In this document: positions 8,893-19,131 of the stretch, one piece after another
Layout of the letters: each line of letters begins with the position of its first letter
How positions within the stretch are numbered: the stretch's first letter is position 1
Assembly (NCBI RefSeq): GCF_003334815.1
Contig: NZ_QOWO01000039.1
Length of the DNA stretch: 34,477 nt
Reading direction: 5' to 3' (one strand)
From: Escherichia coli
Lineage (GTDB): Bacteria; Pseudomonadota; Gammaproteobacteria; Enterobacterales; Enterobacteriaceae
Translations under genes and position numbers: made by a program
Notes under the pieces: generated by a model
Told to the model about the DNA's origin: nothing
Database searches by the model: none
The model's input: only the letters and a program-made list of their open reading frames with translations

Positions 8893-8953
8893 TAATCAAT
8901 TCTATGCTTTGTCCCACACTATGTCAAAAATCCTGCTAATCAAAAAAGAGATC

Positions 8954-9130
8954 TCACGTTAAAAATTTGTACCCTTCTTTAACTTCCAGTGCCTGCTCCT
9001 TTGACTCAAACATCAGTCTTGTTTTCCCGGGAACACCCCATGAAATGTATTCAACATCTATCCACCATTTTCCATATTCTTCATATGGCCCGGATATTAC
9101 TTTTTTGACAAAGGCGTCTACCAGATTCAT
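8954..9130 (-). CDS. Hypothetical small protein (58 aa, MNLVDAFVKKVISGPYEEYGKWW...)
   Basis: Internal ATG of track ORF 8954..9238, preceded by aaggaaaaaaca-ATG (RBS-like); the upstream part of the track ORF has no RBS and looks non-coding. Confidence 0.4.
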   Translation of the reverse strand: MNLVDAFVKKVISGPYEEYGKWWIDVEYISWGVPGKTRLMFESKEQALEVKEGYKFLT

Positions 9131-9515
9131 TGTTTTTTCCTTTTTGTGTTGAAAATAATTAATGCCAGAGCACAGCGAAAATAATGAATGCGCTGGCTGT
9201 GATAATTGCGATTTTCTCCCATATGATATTTTTCTCATGGGGGTTTCTACGGAGATTATTTCTTCGCATTGAGATACCGGTATTCATGTTTTATCTTGGA
9301 CTTTTGTTTTGTTGTCTGTCTGGCAGGCTGTTCTGCGCCCGTTTGTGACAAGGTTAGCTTATGGGGTTAAATGGTCACGGACATCATGCGGACGGTTCCC
9401 TGTCACATGCCATCTGGTTTTTTCATTCAAATTGAGAGATATTGCTAAGTTGAGTCGCTTGCGATAGTGGACTCCTGTTTGTAAGTGAGTGCCATTGTTT
9501 ATTTCATGAAGAGGA

Positions 9516-9731
9516 TTGATTATGAGCATGCCTCCTGCGATAGCTAATACTTTCTTGTTTGAAATGATGAAGAGTAAATCAAAAGACGTTACACTTGCTG
9601 CGATCTATGCATTAGGTGAAGGCCGGTGTCAGGCGGAGAACATTACTCGTGAATTACATAGATTGAGTCAAAGTGATGATATGGAAATAAAAATTGCTGC
9701 GATTAAAGCACTTGGTCGAATTTATCGGTAA
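9516..9731 (+). CDS. Hypothetical small protein with two HEAT/PBS-lyase-like repeats
   Basis: 71-aa ORF with tandem AAIYALGEG / AAIKALGRI motifs; aagagg-like RBS upstream; the true start may be one of the nearby in-frame Met codons. Confidence 0.4.
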   Translation: MIMSMPPAIANTFLFEMMKSKSKDVTLAAIYALGEGRCQAENITRELHRLSQSDDMEIKIAAIKALGRIYR

Positions 9732-9761
9732 CGGCATAAGTTATCTGTTGTAATGAACAAA

Positions 9762-9783
9762 AGCCGGCTCATTTGAACCGGCT
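9762..9783 (-). terminator. Putative terminator hairpin just after the excA stop (agccgg-N10-ccggct, then a U-rich tract on the minus strand)
   Basis: 6-bp GC stem about 20 nt past the minus-strand excA stop, followed on that strand by uuuguucauu. Confidence 0.4.
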
Positions 9784-9802
9784 GTTATGGAGGGAGCTTA
9801 TC

Positions 9803-10465
9803 TTAAAATACTTCGGCTACAGGCATGCCTGCAATCTGCTCCCACTCCTTACGCTTTTCCTGAATCAGGCGAGGAAAGTCGACAGGGTAATCATATCCTC
9901 GACTTGCCATTGCGTGCATGGTGTTTGATGCTGTTTCTGGATGAGCACACCATGATGGAACAGGAACCATTGGCAGATTGATGTATTTCGTATGAATTTC
10001 CAGTTTTTTGTCGTCTGTTACAGTACGAGTGAAATTATGAATGTCAAAACCGATAACATCCATAATGTTGCCTGGATAGATACGGACATACAACATTGTG
10101 CCATTTTTAAGGTCAATGCCGAAATAAGCTCCCTGGGTTAAAGATAATCCCTCATACCCCTTCTCTGGAGAGTAGAAGCCTGACTCTTTTATTGTTTGTA
10201 CAACTTTTCTTATTTTTTCTCTCCTTGTTTTTGCACGTGAGTACATCCATATGCCTGGCGCAAGTAATAAGAACCAACTACCGAAAGTGACAACATAATC
10301 TTCGACCTTATTTCCGAAATAACGATCAGAACATAGCATTTCGGTAAAGCCTAATGCGCAGAACAGAAAAAAAGGTATTCCAAGAAAGAAATAAGCTTTT
10401 CTTAATACATAATAAAATAGCCACCAGGTTGGAAATCTGTCTGTTGTTTCTTTTTTAGCTTTCAT
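9803..10465 (-). CDS. excA: Inner-membrane protein at the ExcA (entry-exclusion) position of IncI-type transfer regions
   Basis: 220-aa ORF with two N-terminal hydrophobic segments, last gene of the minus-strand tra block directly after the DotA-like gene; assignment is positional. Confidence 0.45.
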
Positions 10466-10535
10466 ATAATGCCTCCCCTCGTACTATCTATTATTTTAAT
10501 GCCGATGGGGAGGTTGTGCAATATTTATATTGATA

Positions 10536-12704
10536 TTATCCTTTTATTCCGTCCTTGTCGTCACTTCCTTTTGTATTATCTTTAAGACGATCTGTTTTCA
10601 TTCCAGGAGTATGTCGGATATTGCGACTTCCTCCAATAAATATTTCTTTAACAGAATTTGCCATGCTGCCAAGCGTGTTGGCTCCATCACTTCCCCCTAG
10701 GAAGTTAATAACATGATCAGGTAGGTAGGCCTGAAGGGCAAATATGGCAGCTACAGTGGTTGTACAAATTCTGGCGTATATCAGCAAGAAACCAGCAAGA
10801 CTGAAAATACCGGTCAGCGAATTGAACTGTACGTTAACCAGGGCAGCGCCAAATAATGCATTCAGTATTGTGCCTACGGCGATGATGGCTACAGAAGCAA
10901 AGAAAAAACCAAAGACCATGATGGGCGGCCTTATCATACTATCAATTAAGTATATATAACCGTAGGCTGCCCGACTTCCTCTGTCTTCTGATGTCCCGAG
11001 ATGTGTTGCAGCCCACAGCGGCCCGGCGGTACATCCTATTAATACGCTGACTATCCAGTTCCCGATGCCTGTCATCCAGAAAATAAACGGAATGAATGGC
11101 AGGTAAATTGATAAGGAAAATCCAGCACAGAACATCAGGAACAAAAGAAAATAAACAGGTGGTGCAAGTGCTTCAAACAGCGCGGTAAGCATCGAAGCGG
11201 CACCTGTTAGTGAGTTAAAGAATTTTACAAGAATTGAATCTTTGCCACCGGCAACGACAACTCTGGCCGTTGTATATATAGTCCAGATTCCTTCTGCACT
11301 TACCATTGTTATATCTCCGATATTTTTCATTTTTATCAGAGGATTAATTTGAGCACTGGTTGTGCCTGTGCCACTTGTTTCCGTTGCAATCCTGTTAGTG
11401 AGACTAACAAGGGGGCCCATAATTTCAGACAAGGCAGATTTCGGATCTTGTGCATTTGCCATGCGTTGTTCACTGGATGATACTACTGTGCCCAGCGGTG
11501 GCGTATAGGAGGAATTCTGCAGTTGCGTCCTATAGGCACTCATGACCGCACTGAATAAGTCAGTATCACCAACTTCTCCCAGTGATGACATTGAAGTTAC
11601 AGCTGGAGCTCTGTCAGCCAGCTCTGCCAGACGCTGGTTAGCAGTGGCAAAGGTCTGATACCATGCGCCAAGCGTTACCCACCCGTAGGTTGTGAGATAA
11701 GATTTAAGAGCCTCTTTTCTGGATTGCTCTCCGTTATCAGTGGGTAGCGATTTTTGCACAGCACGTTCGTATTCGTCGGCTGCTTTCTGAATTCGTGTCT
11801 CGATATCCGGCAGTGTTCCGTTGCCAGAATTTCTTTTTTCCAGAAATGTTGTCACAAACTCACTGGCAGCGTTGTCCATGTCGCTAATCATATTATCCAT
11901 GGCTGCACGTTGTGCTGAGATAACACCGCTGTACTCGTTTTTACTGAAGGGATTAAAGAATTTTCCAATCGTCGACTGATCTGTTGTTCCGTTTCCTTCT
12001 ACTGACAGGCTGGCTGTACCACAGATACCGCTGCCATTGGATACCGTGACAGTGTAATTACCACTGGCGGTTTTAGCTGATTCTGTCATCAGTGAAGTCG
12101 AGGATTTGGCGGTCTGATTAAAATCATTTAGTCCTGCGTTAACCGCATACTTACATAGTTCCATTTCAAAAATGCCACGCGCAGCTGTTCGTGTGGATGC
12201 CTGAACTGGCTGTACAGTCATTGAATAACCATTTGCGATATTATCAGCGGCAACTTGCACCATCACATTGGCGGACCCAACCCCCATTATCGATGCGCCC
12301 CATAACATAATGAGCTGAGCGAGACTCCAGCCATTTCCGGTAGGAACGATCATCAGAAAGCCTGCGACGAAACTCAGTATGCCGACAATATCGCGCCCGA
12401 CGCTGAATACCTGTCCCTGATGCCCCGAACGCACAACATGGCGGATACTAATGAAGATACACCAGACGATAGCAAGTACGGCAATGATATTGTTGAACAC
12501 CCAGAACATGCTTCCGATCAGGGTGGGGTCGCTGGTTGACAGTGGATTGGTGACCACATCACCGAATATCGTGACCAGCGCCTGGCGGGACAGATCGTCA
12601 GGATTGGTGGCGGCAGACACAATATCCTGATAGGTCACTGAAGCCATTGCCGGCAGTGAGGATATAGCAAGGCCTGCACAGAGTGCGCGAAGTAAAATTT
12701 TCAC
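10536..12704 (-). CDS. traY: DotA/TraY-like polytopic integral membrane protein of a type IVB secretion/conjugation system
   Basis: Large ORF with signal-peptide-like N-terminus and many hydrophobic segments. Start set at the GTG at 12704 (ggag-N6-GTG giving MKILLRALCAGLAISSLPAMA); the track ORF runs up to 12773 without an RBS. Confidence 0.6.
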   Translation of the reverse strand: MKILLRALCAGLAISSLPAMASVTYQDIVSAATNPDDLSRQALVTIFGDVVTNPLSTSDPTLIGSMFWVFNNIIAVLAIVWCIFISIRHVVRSGHQGQVFSVGRDIVGILSFVAGFLMIVPTGNGWSLAQLIMLWGASIMGVGSANVMVQVAADNIANGYSMTVQPVQASTRTAARGIFEMELCKYAVNAGLNDFNQTAKSSTSLMTESAKTASGNYTVTVSNGSGICGTASLSVEGNGTTDQSTIGKFFNPFSKNEYSGVISAQRAAMDNMISDMDNAASEFVTTFLEKRNSGNGTLPDIETRIQKAADEYERAVQKSLPTDNGEQSRKEALKSYLTTYGWVTLGAWYQTFATANQRLAELADRAPAVTSMSSLGEVGDTDLFSAVMSAYRTQLQNSSYTPPLGTVVSSSEQRMANAQDPKSALSEIMGPLVSLTNRIATETSGTGTTSAQINPLIKMKNIGDITMVSAEGIWTIYTTARVVVAGGKDSILVKFFNSLTGAASMLTALFEALAPPVYFLLFLMFCAGFSLSIYLPFIPFIFWMTGIGNWIVSVLIGCTAGPLWAATHLGTSEDRGSRAAYGYIYLIDSMIRPPIMVFGFFFASVAIIAVGTILNALFGAALVNVQFNSLTGIFSLAGFLLIYARICTTTVAAIFALQAYLPDHVINFLGGSDGANTLGSMANSVKEIFIGGSRNIRHTPGMKTDRLKDNTKGSDDKDGIKG

Positions 12705-12800
12705 AGTAACTCCGGAATAGAATTGCGTATGGGCAAAGGCCACACAGGATTTAATTAAGGGGGATGGCGACATGCCAGTGGTACTGGCATCTGGACGTGA

Positions 12801-13385
12801 TCAGTATTGTTTACTGGTTACGGCAATTAATGTGGCATTGCGCCAGCCATTGCGGTAGTTCAGAAAATCACGGAAAGTCCCCTGCTCGGGTTCGCTGACT
12901 TTTCGTTCATGCAACTGCCAGAGGCGGTATGTAACTATCAGAGCTCTGGAAGCACAAAGAGCGACGCCTGACAGAATCAACACAAGAGTGCTGATGGCGC
13001 GTACCTGTGTCATCAAAGGTAATGAGGAGGCGGCAAAGAGCATACCGCTGAGGAATAAAGCGATGGCCAGCAGACTCCAGCAGCATAACCGCCATACTGT
13101 TCTGCGCCGGCGGAAACGACGATCCAGGTCGTCTACTGACATATGGCTGGCCTGCAGAGCTTCTTCCCACGAGAGGCAGAGTTGCGCCTTTTTATTATTT
13201 ACCTGACGAAATTTTTCCAGCCTGCTTTTTTGTTGCTTCAGCATATGCTGTACAGAATTCGTTATCAGGCGAGTCTCCATCAGAGGAACAAAAATGTTAA
13301 TAATCCTCCGGGTGGCTATGCGGGTTATGGATAGTGATTTTTTGACGTTTTTCGTCTGGTCTGAATTTTCCGGTAACTTATTCAT
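12801..13385 (-). CDS. Membrane protein at the TraX position of the tra block
   Basis: 194-aa ORF with C-terminal hydrophobic helices; co-directional and tightly packed with neighbours. Confidence 0.5.
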   Translation of the reverse strand: MNKLPENSDQTKNVKKSLSITRIATRRIINIFVPLMETRLITNSVQHMLKQQKSRLEKFRQVNNKKAQLCLSWEEALQASHMSVDDLDRRFRRRRTVWRLCCWSLLAIALFLSGMLFAASSLPLMTQVRAISTLVLILSGVALCASRALIVTYRLWQLHERKVSEPEQGTFRDFLNYRNGWRNATLIAVTSKQY

Positions 13386-13413
13386 TGTTTCAGTCCTGTT
13401 CTGACGTCAGCTT

Positions 13414-14616
13414 TCAACGTGCGTTTGCCTGATTGATTGTTTTCTCAAGGCTACCGAGTTGTTTTTCATAATACTGGCGGGCAGTCAGAGCCAGTTGCTG
13501 GCCAGAGATAACATTACCCTGGCGGATCTGTTCTTTCAGATCGTTCAGCTGCCAGTTCATTTGCGCAGTGATTCTTACCAGTTCACGGAGCAGGTTATCC
13601 CCCTGCATTTCCTGTAAATCCACCAGGTATGCTGTGTTGGCGTAGCGCCGGCCAGCCTCAAAAGCTTCAAACTCACGGGTACTCATATATCCCCGTGCTT
13701 TTGCTTCTGGTGAAGCCACTTGGTCGAAGTAAGCGGCCGCTGAGTCTGACTGCAGTGTTTCAGCCAGTGCTTTACGTGTGCTTTCATTAGGCGTGCTGTC
13801 AGCAATCAACGTCAGTTGGGGATTCGACGCAGAATCAATGATGCCGTTGTATTCGTTCTGGAGTCCGACGTAGGTTCGCCCACTCTGGGTATTCACTTCT
13901 CCTTTACCCAGAGCACGACCGGCAGAGGGGCGGGAAGTGTTTTTCATGTAAGCAGTCGCTGCATCTATTTGCTTCTGATCCCATGTCAGTGCCGCAGGTG
14001 TGTCCGCTGTACCTGCGCCGTGGTAAATCGAGCGTACCTGACTGTCTCCACCTGGTATTTCGCCCACAGAAGGACAAACGGCGGTTCCTCCAAAACGTGC
14101 ATATTCTGCTTCTGTACAGTAACTGGCGTGTATGGCCGCGCCATCATAAGCTTCCCGCACGGGAGAGTTTGCTGCGCTGGCCAGACGGTCGCGGATGCTA
14201 CGGTTGCTCACACCGCCACCTTTACTGAGTTTTGAGGCTGCGGATGCTGAGGCACTTTTGCTTACTGTTGCAATCCCTGATGCGGATTCACTGCAGATGG
14301 AGTCTGGCACGGTGAAGCTTTTCCGTGCCTCCTCGAGGCGCTGAGTTTCATTACTGAAAATCATCTGCTGACGTGTCGCCTGTCCGTTCTGGGCAATGAC
14401 ACTTGCCAGCTTTTCAGAGTTCTGATTGATAGCGGTACCCGTGGCTGTCTGGGTACTCAGTATGTCACTCAGCACACCTTTGATGGCCTCCATTCTGGGG
14501 ACGACCTGCTGTTCAACGGGACGGCTGGCGACGACGGTGACTGAATAAGCATGAGCCTGGTATGCCGTTCCATTCAGGATAGCTATAAGGGCTGCGAGTA
14601 ATGTTTTTCTTTGCAT
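13414..14616 (-). CDS. Secreted/periplasmic protein at the TraW position
   Basis: 400-aa ORF with N-terminal signal peptide MQRKTLLAALIAILNGTAYQAHA; overlaps the upstream gene by 34 nt. Confidence 0.5.
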   Translation of the reverse strand: MQRKTLLAALIAILNGTAYQAHAYSVTVVASRPVEQQVVPRMEAIKGVLSDILSTQTATGTAINQNSEKLASVIAQNGQATRQQMIFSNETQRLEEARKSFTVPDSICSESASGIATVSKSASASAASKLSKGGGVSNRSIRDRLASAANSPVREAYDGAAIHASYCTEAEYARFGGTAVCPSVGEIPGGDSQVRSIYHGAGTADTPAALTWDQKQIDAATAYMKNTSRPSAGRALGKGEVNTQSGRTYVGLQNEYNGIIDSASNPQLTLIADSTPNESTRKALAETLQSDSAAAYFDQVASPEAKARGYMSTREFEAFEAGRRYANTAYLVDLQEMQGDNLLRELVRITAQMNWQLNDLKEQIRQGNVISGQQLALTARQYYEKQLGSLEKTINQANAR

Positions 14617-15197
14617 TTTATTGTCTCCTGCTCGGGGTGGAGCACAAGGTCAGGAAGGCTGTCGTATTTTCTGTCTTCAGGTAGTGGGGCCAGTGGGAAA
14701 CACTGATATCGCCTGGTGATATAACCTTTCCTGTTCCGGTTATCGATGATGCTGAAAGAACGACGTCTGACGCGCCGTAAGGTGGAAGGGTCAGTATCCA
14801 TAACAGGCCAGTCACCGGCACTCAGTGCCGGCGTTCCGGGAACAGATGGCCATAACCAGGTGTCATCGGACATCAGCGAAGTCAGCGGTGAAGGGAGTAT
14901 CCACTGGATGACATGCTGAACGTCGAATGGTGCTTCATCCGGGACAGAAACCTGCCATATTGCCGTTGTTATCAGCTCATCTGTGCTGGACGGCAACAAC
15001 AGCCGCATGCCTGTAACCTTTCCCTGTGTTCTGGCATCCGAGGCGTATATCACTCTGGGATTGGGGGCCGGATGTAACCTGAAGACACGTGACGGCAGAG
15101 TGAATGAGAAACTGTCACCTTTTACCTCAAGTTTTTTAAGAAATACCTGCCCTCTGGCAGGTCTCCGGCAGCGTGGGGTGATATGAATTGTACACAT
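14583..15197 (-). CDS. Protein at the TraV position
   Basis: 204-aa ORF; its start overlaps the traU stop by 1 nt. Confidence 0.45.
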   Translation of the reverse strand: MCTIHITPRCRRPARGQVFLKKLEVKGDSFSFTLPSRVFRLHPAPNPRVIYASDARTQGKVTGMRLLLPSSTDELITTAIWQVSVPDEAPFDVQHVIQWILPSPLTSLMSDDTWLWPSVPGTPALSAGDWPVMDTDPSTLRRVRRRSFSIIDNRNRKGYITRRYQCFPLAPLPEDRKYDSLPDLVLHPEQETIKCKEKHYSQPL

Positions 15198-18100
15198 CAG
15201 AGATTGTATCCCTGTTTTCGGATGAGCTCCGAGGCCAGTTCTTCAATAACATTGTCACTGTTATGTTGGCCCGCCCGGTGCTCAATTAATGACGTTGCAG
15301 AACCTCTGGGGAAGTTTTCGGCCAGAATCTTACGTGCCCGAACTGAACCTAACTTATTTGTCAGTGTTTTACGCAGGGCACTGTCTTTTGGCGATGAGTT
15401 CAGCGCCCATAGCTCCAGTGGACCGACGGTAAATTTGAGTATTCTCGCAAGCGTGCCACTTTTTACCCTGAATACTCCCAGAACAGGAACACCACTACCA
15501 TCTGGTGCCGGGCCTTCCGGCATTTTCAGGAAGCGTTTCAGCATAAATTCAGGAACGTTGAAGTTATCCCTCAGTACGGGGATATCTTCGGGTTTGTAGC
15601 GCAGTAACCAGAGAGTATTTGCTGACTTAAGAACGCTTTCCGGGTAGTCCCTCAGATACTGCGTACTCAGAACCGTGCGGATAGCAAACTTGCGTTGCTC
15701 ACGCTCCTGGGTATCCAGATTTTCCCAGATGAAGTCAATGCCCCGGGCGTTATGCAGTTCATCATAAACTTTTGTCTTAACCTCCTGATCAAGTTGGTTA
15801 ATACGTTTAAGAGCGATTTCATGGTATTCCCGTGGAAGCTGCTTTAACACTTCATCCCTGTATTGTGGCAGGGTGAAGTCACCACCGGCGATCTGACCTG
15901 CAAGCAGGTACATGATGCCGGTTTTAAGCCTGCCTGCAGGCGTTTTGTCACCGGCAACATTATTCAGATCGACAGCGATGACCCGGGTTTCCGGGTTGAT
16001 CATAAACCGGGTATACCCGGATATCATGGGGTAGTCGTTATGTCCCTGCTCGAGCGCGCGGCGGATGTAGTCCAGCAGAAGTTCGTTTGAACCATCACGC
16101 TGAACAGTACCGAAAACATCCCTGAGACTGGTATGGCCCAGCATCGAGGACACTTCGGGAAGCTGGGGCATTGCCTGATAATGTGCCCGCTGAGCCGCCA
16201 TGATATACCCGGCATTGTGGAGCATATCCCGGACTTCGAACCAGGTTGATCTGGCCCACCAGGTTGCATCATGTTTTTCATACAGTCCCGAGTCCTGCAG
16301 TGCTGAATCCACCAGTTCTTCCGTTGAGGCGCGATAAAGTCGCGGATTATTTTCACCGTACTCTTTAAAAGCCAGCTCGATAAGCTGGTTGATAATTTGT
16401 CGGGTGTCTCCGGGGTTACAGGGTTGACCGGTACCGGTATCGACACAGAGAGCACACAGCACCGATGACATGAAATTCTTTTCCGGCGTAATAGGCTTTT
16501 TAGCGCCGTACATCACGTCAAAAAGGTTACGGGTGTATTCCGGATCATTGCTCAGAATAATACCGACAGCTTCGTCTTTTCTTTCCGGAGGAAGACTGTC
16601 GCGAATAAGCTGAACCAGTCCCTGAGCACTGTATCCCTTATCGATATAGGCAATGAAGGGCAGGTTTTTCTGAGCAGATGATATCTGTATTTCCGACAAT
16701 GTATTAATCAGAACTGATTTACCCAGTCCCGGATCGCCTGGTGCGAGTTCTGTATGTTTATTTTGTTGGGATGACGCCAGACCAACCTCAATTGCGGAAC
16801 CGTCTTCTGTATGTAACATAAGATTCCCTTTACCTCGCCAGACAGAGCCTGCCCTGTTAAGCGGGAAAAGCGAGATGGCATGTGACAACGGGGGATACAG
16901 GGGAACCGGGCCGGAGCCTCCGGATGCCGCGAGAATGGTATTCACCCAGGCGCGTCGGGGATCGCCAAATGTTGTCGTGGTGCCACATACGCCCCAGCCT
17001 TCAATGGCTGATTTCAGAATGGCCTGGTTTCGTGTGCATATTTCACGTGTTTTTCCCCACGTGGAGGCCATGATGGTCATTATGCAGACAGGTTCTTTTT
17101 CATCCGTTGCCGCCAGGGCCATAACGGATTCATACATTGGACGAACGGCAGAAATGAAGCTGCTGTAAGTCAGAAGCGTTTTCTTCAGATTAAGAGCCTT
17201 CATCCCGCCGGGCATCAGATCCATTCTGATGCGCCAGGGGACTGCGCGGGGGACGGCACGGACCAGTTCGTTAAACGTCTGCAGATTTTGCGGAGGTAAA
17301 GTAATCGATACCATTCCGTGCCAGAGTCCGCCCGCCTGAACCAGGTTGCCCTGTGTGGTCACCTGAGTGTTGAATAACTGCAAATGCAATGAAGGAGCAT
17401 GTAGTACGGATTCATCGTCAGTCCAGCGATATCCCGCTGGCTGGGCATCTTCAGGCAGGTGGGGTTGCCAGTTACGCGGTGTGCTGTGCCGTTCTGTCTG
17501 ACGACGTATTTCACGCCCGACCTCGTGTATATCCAGTAGCCGGAGAATCAGGCCATCAGATGAATGTCTCAGTGCCTGTTCCACATTATCAAGAAAAGCT
17601 TCGTGGCGGATTTTCAGTGCAGATAAGGTCCACTGCCAGGGGGATTGGGCAAAGCGTGCTTTCGGTACCCGTTCAGCCAGTCTTCTGACAAGCTCATCAT
17701 GGGCGGTGCGATCGCTGTTGCTGATAAGGTCGGGTCCACTCCAGATCGCCAGCCAGCAACGCTCCCGGACCAGCCATGGGGACAGTGTTGTGACTTTCTC
17801 ATCGACCACATCCTGTAACTGGATACCTGTATTAGCCAGTGAGCGCTTTTGTGGGGCGACCATGTCTTCGATTTCTTCTTTCCCCATGTCAGGATCACGC
17901 TCAAAAACGAAGCTGATTTTATGACCGCTGTTTTTATATGCCGTATTCAGGCTGTCACTCATGCTGGTGATCAGCGATTCCAGTGAACCTGGGCCAGTCT
18001 GGTCGGATGCTTCATCCATTTCCCTGAAAGCACCGCTGACTTCAAAGACAGAGAGATATTCTCCACGCTTTGTGGCTGCAATATAGGGCGAATTCAGCCA

Positions 18101-18241
18101 TGGGCGACGTTCACGATCCTGTCTGTCCAGACCAATTACAGTACGTAAATCGCAATACTCAACAAAACTGCTTGCGACAGAGAAACGGGATAGCGTGTTC
18201 AGACAGTCTTCGATAGTGAAGATTAAACGGTTTATGTTCAT
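15197..18241 (-). CDS. traU: DotO/IcmB-like type IVB secretion ATPase (TraU-type)
   Basis: ~1014-aa protein with Walker A-like GDPGLGKS. Start set at the ATG at 18241 (ggag upstream); the track ORF extends to a TTG at 18334. Confidence 0.7.
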   Translation of the reverse strand: MNINRLIFTIEDCLNTLSRFSVASSFVEYCDLRTVIGLDRQDRERRPWLNSPYIAATKRGEYLSVFEVSGAFREMDEASDQTGPGSLESLITSMSDSLNTAYKNSGHKISFVFERDPDMGKEEIEDMVAPQKRSLANTGIQLQDVVDEKVTTLSPWLVRERCWLAIWSGPDLISNSDRTAHDELVRRLAERVPKARFAQSPWQWTLSALKIRHEAFLDNVEQALRHSSDGLILRLLDIHEVGREIRRQTERHSTPRNWQPHLPEDAQPAGYRWTDDESVLHAPSLHLQLFNTQVTTQGNLVQAGGLWHGMVSITLPPQNLQTFNELVRAVPRAVPWRIRMDLMPGGMKALNLKKTLLTYSSFISAVRPMYESVMALAATDEKEPVCIMTIMASTWGKTREICTRNQAILKSAIEGWGVCGTTTTFGDPRRAWVNTILAASGGSGPVPLYPPLSHAISLFPLNRAGSVWRGKGNLMLHTEDGSAIEVGLASSQQNKHTELAPGDPGLGKSVLINTLSEIQISSAQKNLPFIAYIDKGYSAQGLVQLIRDSLPPERKDEAVGIILSNDPEYTRNLFDVMYGAKKPITPEKNFMSSVLCALCVDTGTGQPCNPGDTRQIINQLIELAFKEYGENNPRLYRASTEELVDSALQDSGLYEKHDATWWARSTWFEVRDMLHNAGYIMAAQRAHYQAMPQLPEVSSMLGHTSLRDVFGTVQRDGSNELLLDYIRRALEQGHNDYPMISGYTRFMINPETRVIAVDLNNVAGDKTPAGRLKTGIMYLLAGQIAGGDFTLPQYRDEVLKQLPREYHEIALKRINQLDQEVKTKVYDELHNARGIDFIWENLDTQEREQRKFAIRTVLSTQYLRDYPESVLKSANTLWLLRYKPEDIPVLRDNFNVPEFMLKRFLKMPEGPAPDGSGVPVLGVFRVKSGTLARILKFTVGPLELWALNSSPKDSALRKTLTNKLGSVRARKILAENFPRGSATSLIEHRAGQHNSDNVIEELASELIRKQGYNL

Positions 18242-18330
18242 AGGTGAGGGAACTCCGGACTTACAGGAGGGAGGTTTGTGCAGTTTGATTTTTTTAATGC
18301 CACCCCGCGCTGGAGTGGCATGAAGAAAAA

Positions 18331-19131
18331 TCAATCAACGTATTCTTTTTTGATGAATGAATCTGGTGTCAGAATCAGGGCAATCCCGTTCATTTTTTCA
18401 CGCAGGGGCGAACGACCGGAAGGTGGATAGCGACGAAAAACGTCAGCGAAATCGGCCGGGCGGAAACTGCGGAATTTATCCTCAACCGCCAGTCTGTTTT
18501 GCATCAGTGCAGAGAGCGCTTCCCGTCCCCGCCGGACCCGGAACTTATCATTACTGAAAACTTCCTGTAATGAACGACGGTTAAGGGCCACGACCGTGGA
18601 TGGATGAAGGTCGGGTAGCCACACCATAACGCCCTGTGCTGCGGCATAACCATTCAGTGAATGCCAGGCGTGGCAGAAAGCACATAAGCTGTAAGGCGGG
18701 CCGTCTTCATGAAACAGTTCCTGCTCTTTCTCTGACAACGACTCTGTACTGGTGATTTCAGCTTTCTGTACATGGCGGAGTGAAAGACGTCTGGCAGACA
18801 GACGGGCCTGCTCAAGCGCCCGTTCAGCGGCTTTTACTGCCGTGTTGTACTTTTCCTTTTCGCCGGTTGCGACTGGTTCACCACGCTTTTTTAACTTATC
18901 CAGATGTTCTGTGGCCTTATTAAGACGAACTCGTGTGTCACTGATTGTGTCGGTAAGCTGTCTGAGTGGCCATGAGTCATCCAGTCTGAAACGGTGCCTG
19001 ACGTTTTGCCGGCAGCAGATACATCGACCGGGCGTTGTTAATTCCGGTTCCGGTAACAGTGGCTCCTGTGTATGAACCACATCAATTTCTGGAAAGGGAT
19101 ACAACCACAAGTCTTTAATGCTGTGTTGCAT
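18331..19131 (-). CDS. Protein at the TraT position, with Cys clusters (CICCRQ..., CAFCHAWH)
   Basis: 266-aa ORF in the operon; possible zinc-binding cysteines. Confidence 0.45.
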   Translation of the reverse strand: MQHSIKDLWLYPFPEIDVVHTQEPLLPEPELTTPGRCICCRQNVRHRFRLDDSWPLRQLTDTISDTRVRLNKATEHLDKLKKRGEPVATGEKEKYNTAVKAAERALEQARLSARRLSLRHVQKAEITSTESLSEKEQELFHEDGPPYSLCAFCHAWHSLNGYAAAQGVMVWLPDLHPSTVVALNRRSLQEVFSNDKFRVRRGREALSALMQNRLAVEDKFRSFRPADFADVFRRYPPSGRSPLREKMNGIALILTPDSFIKKEYVD

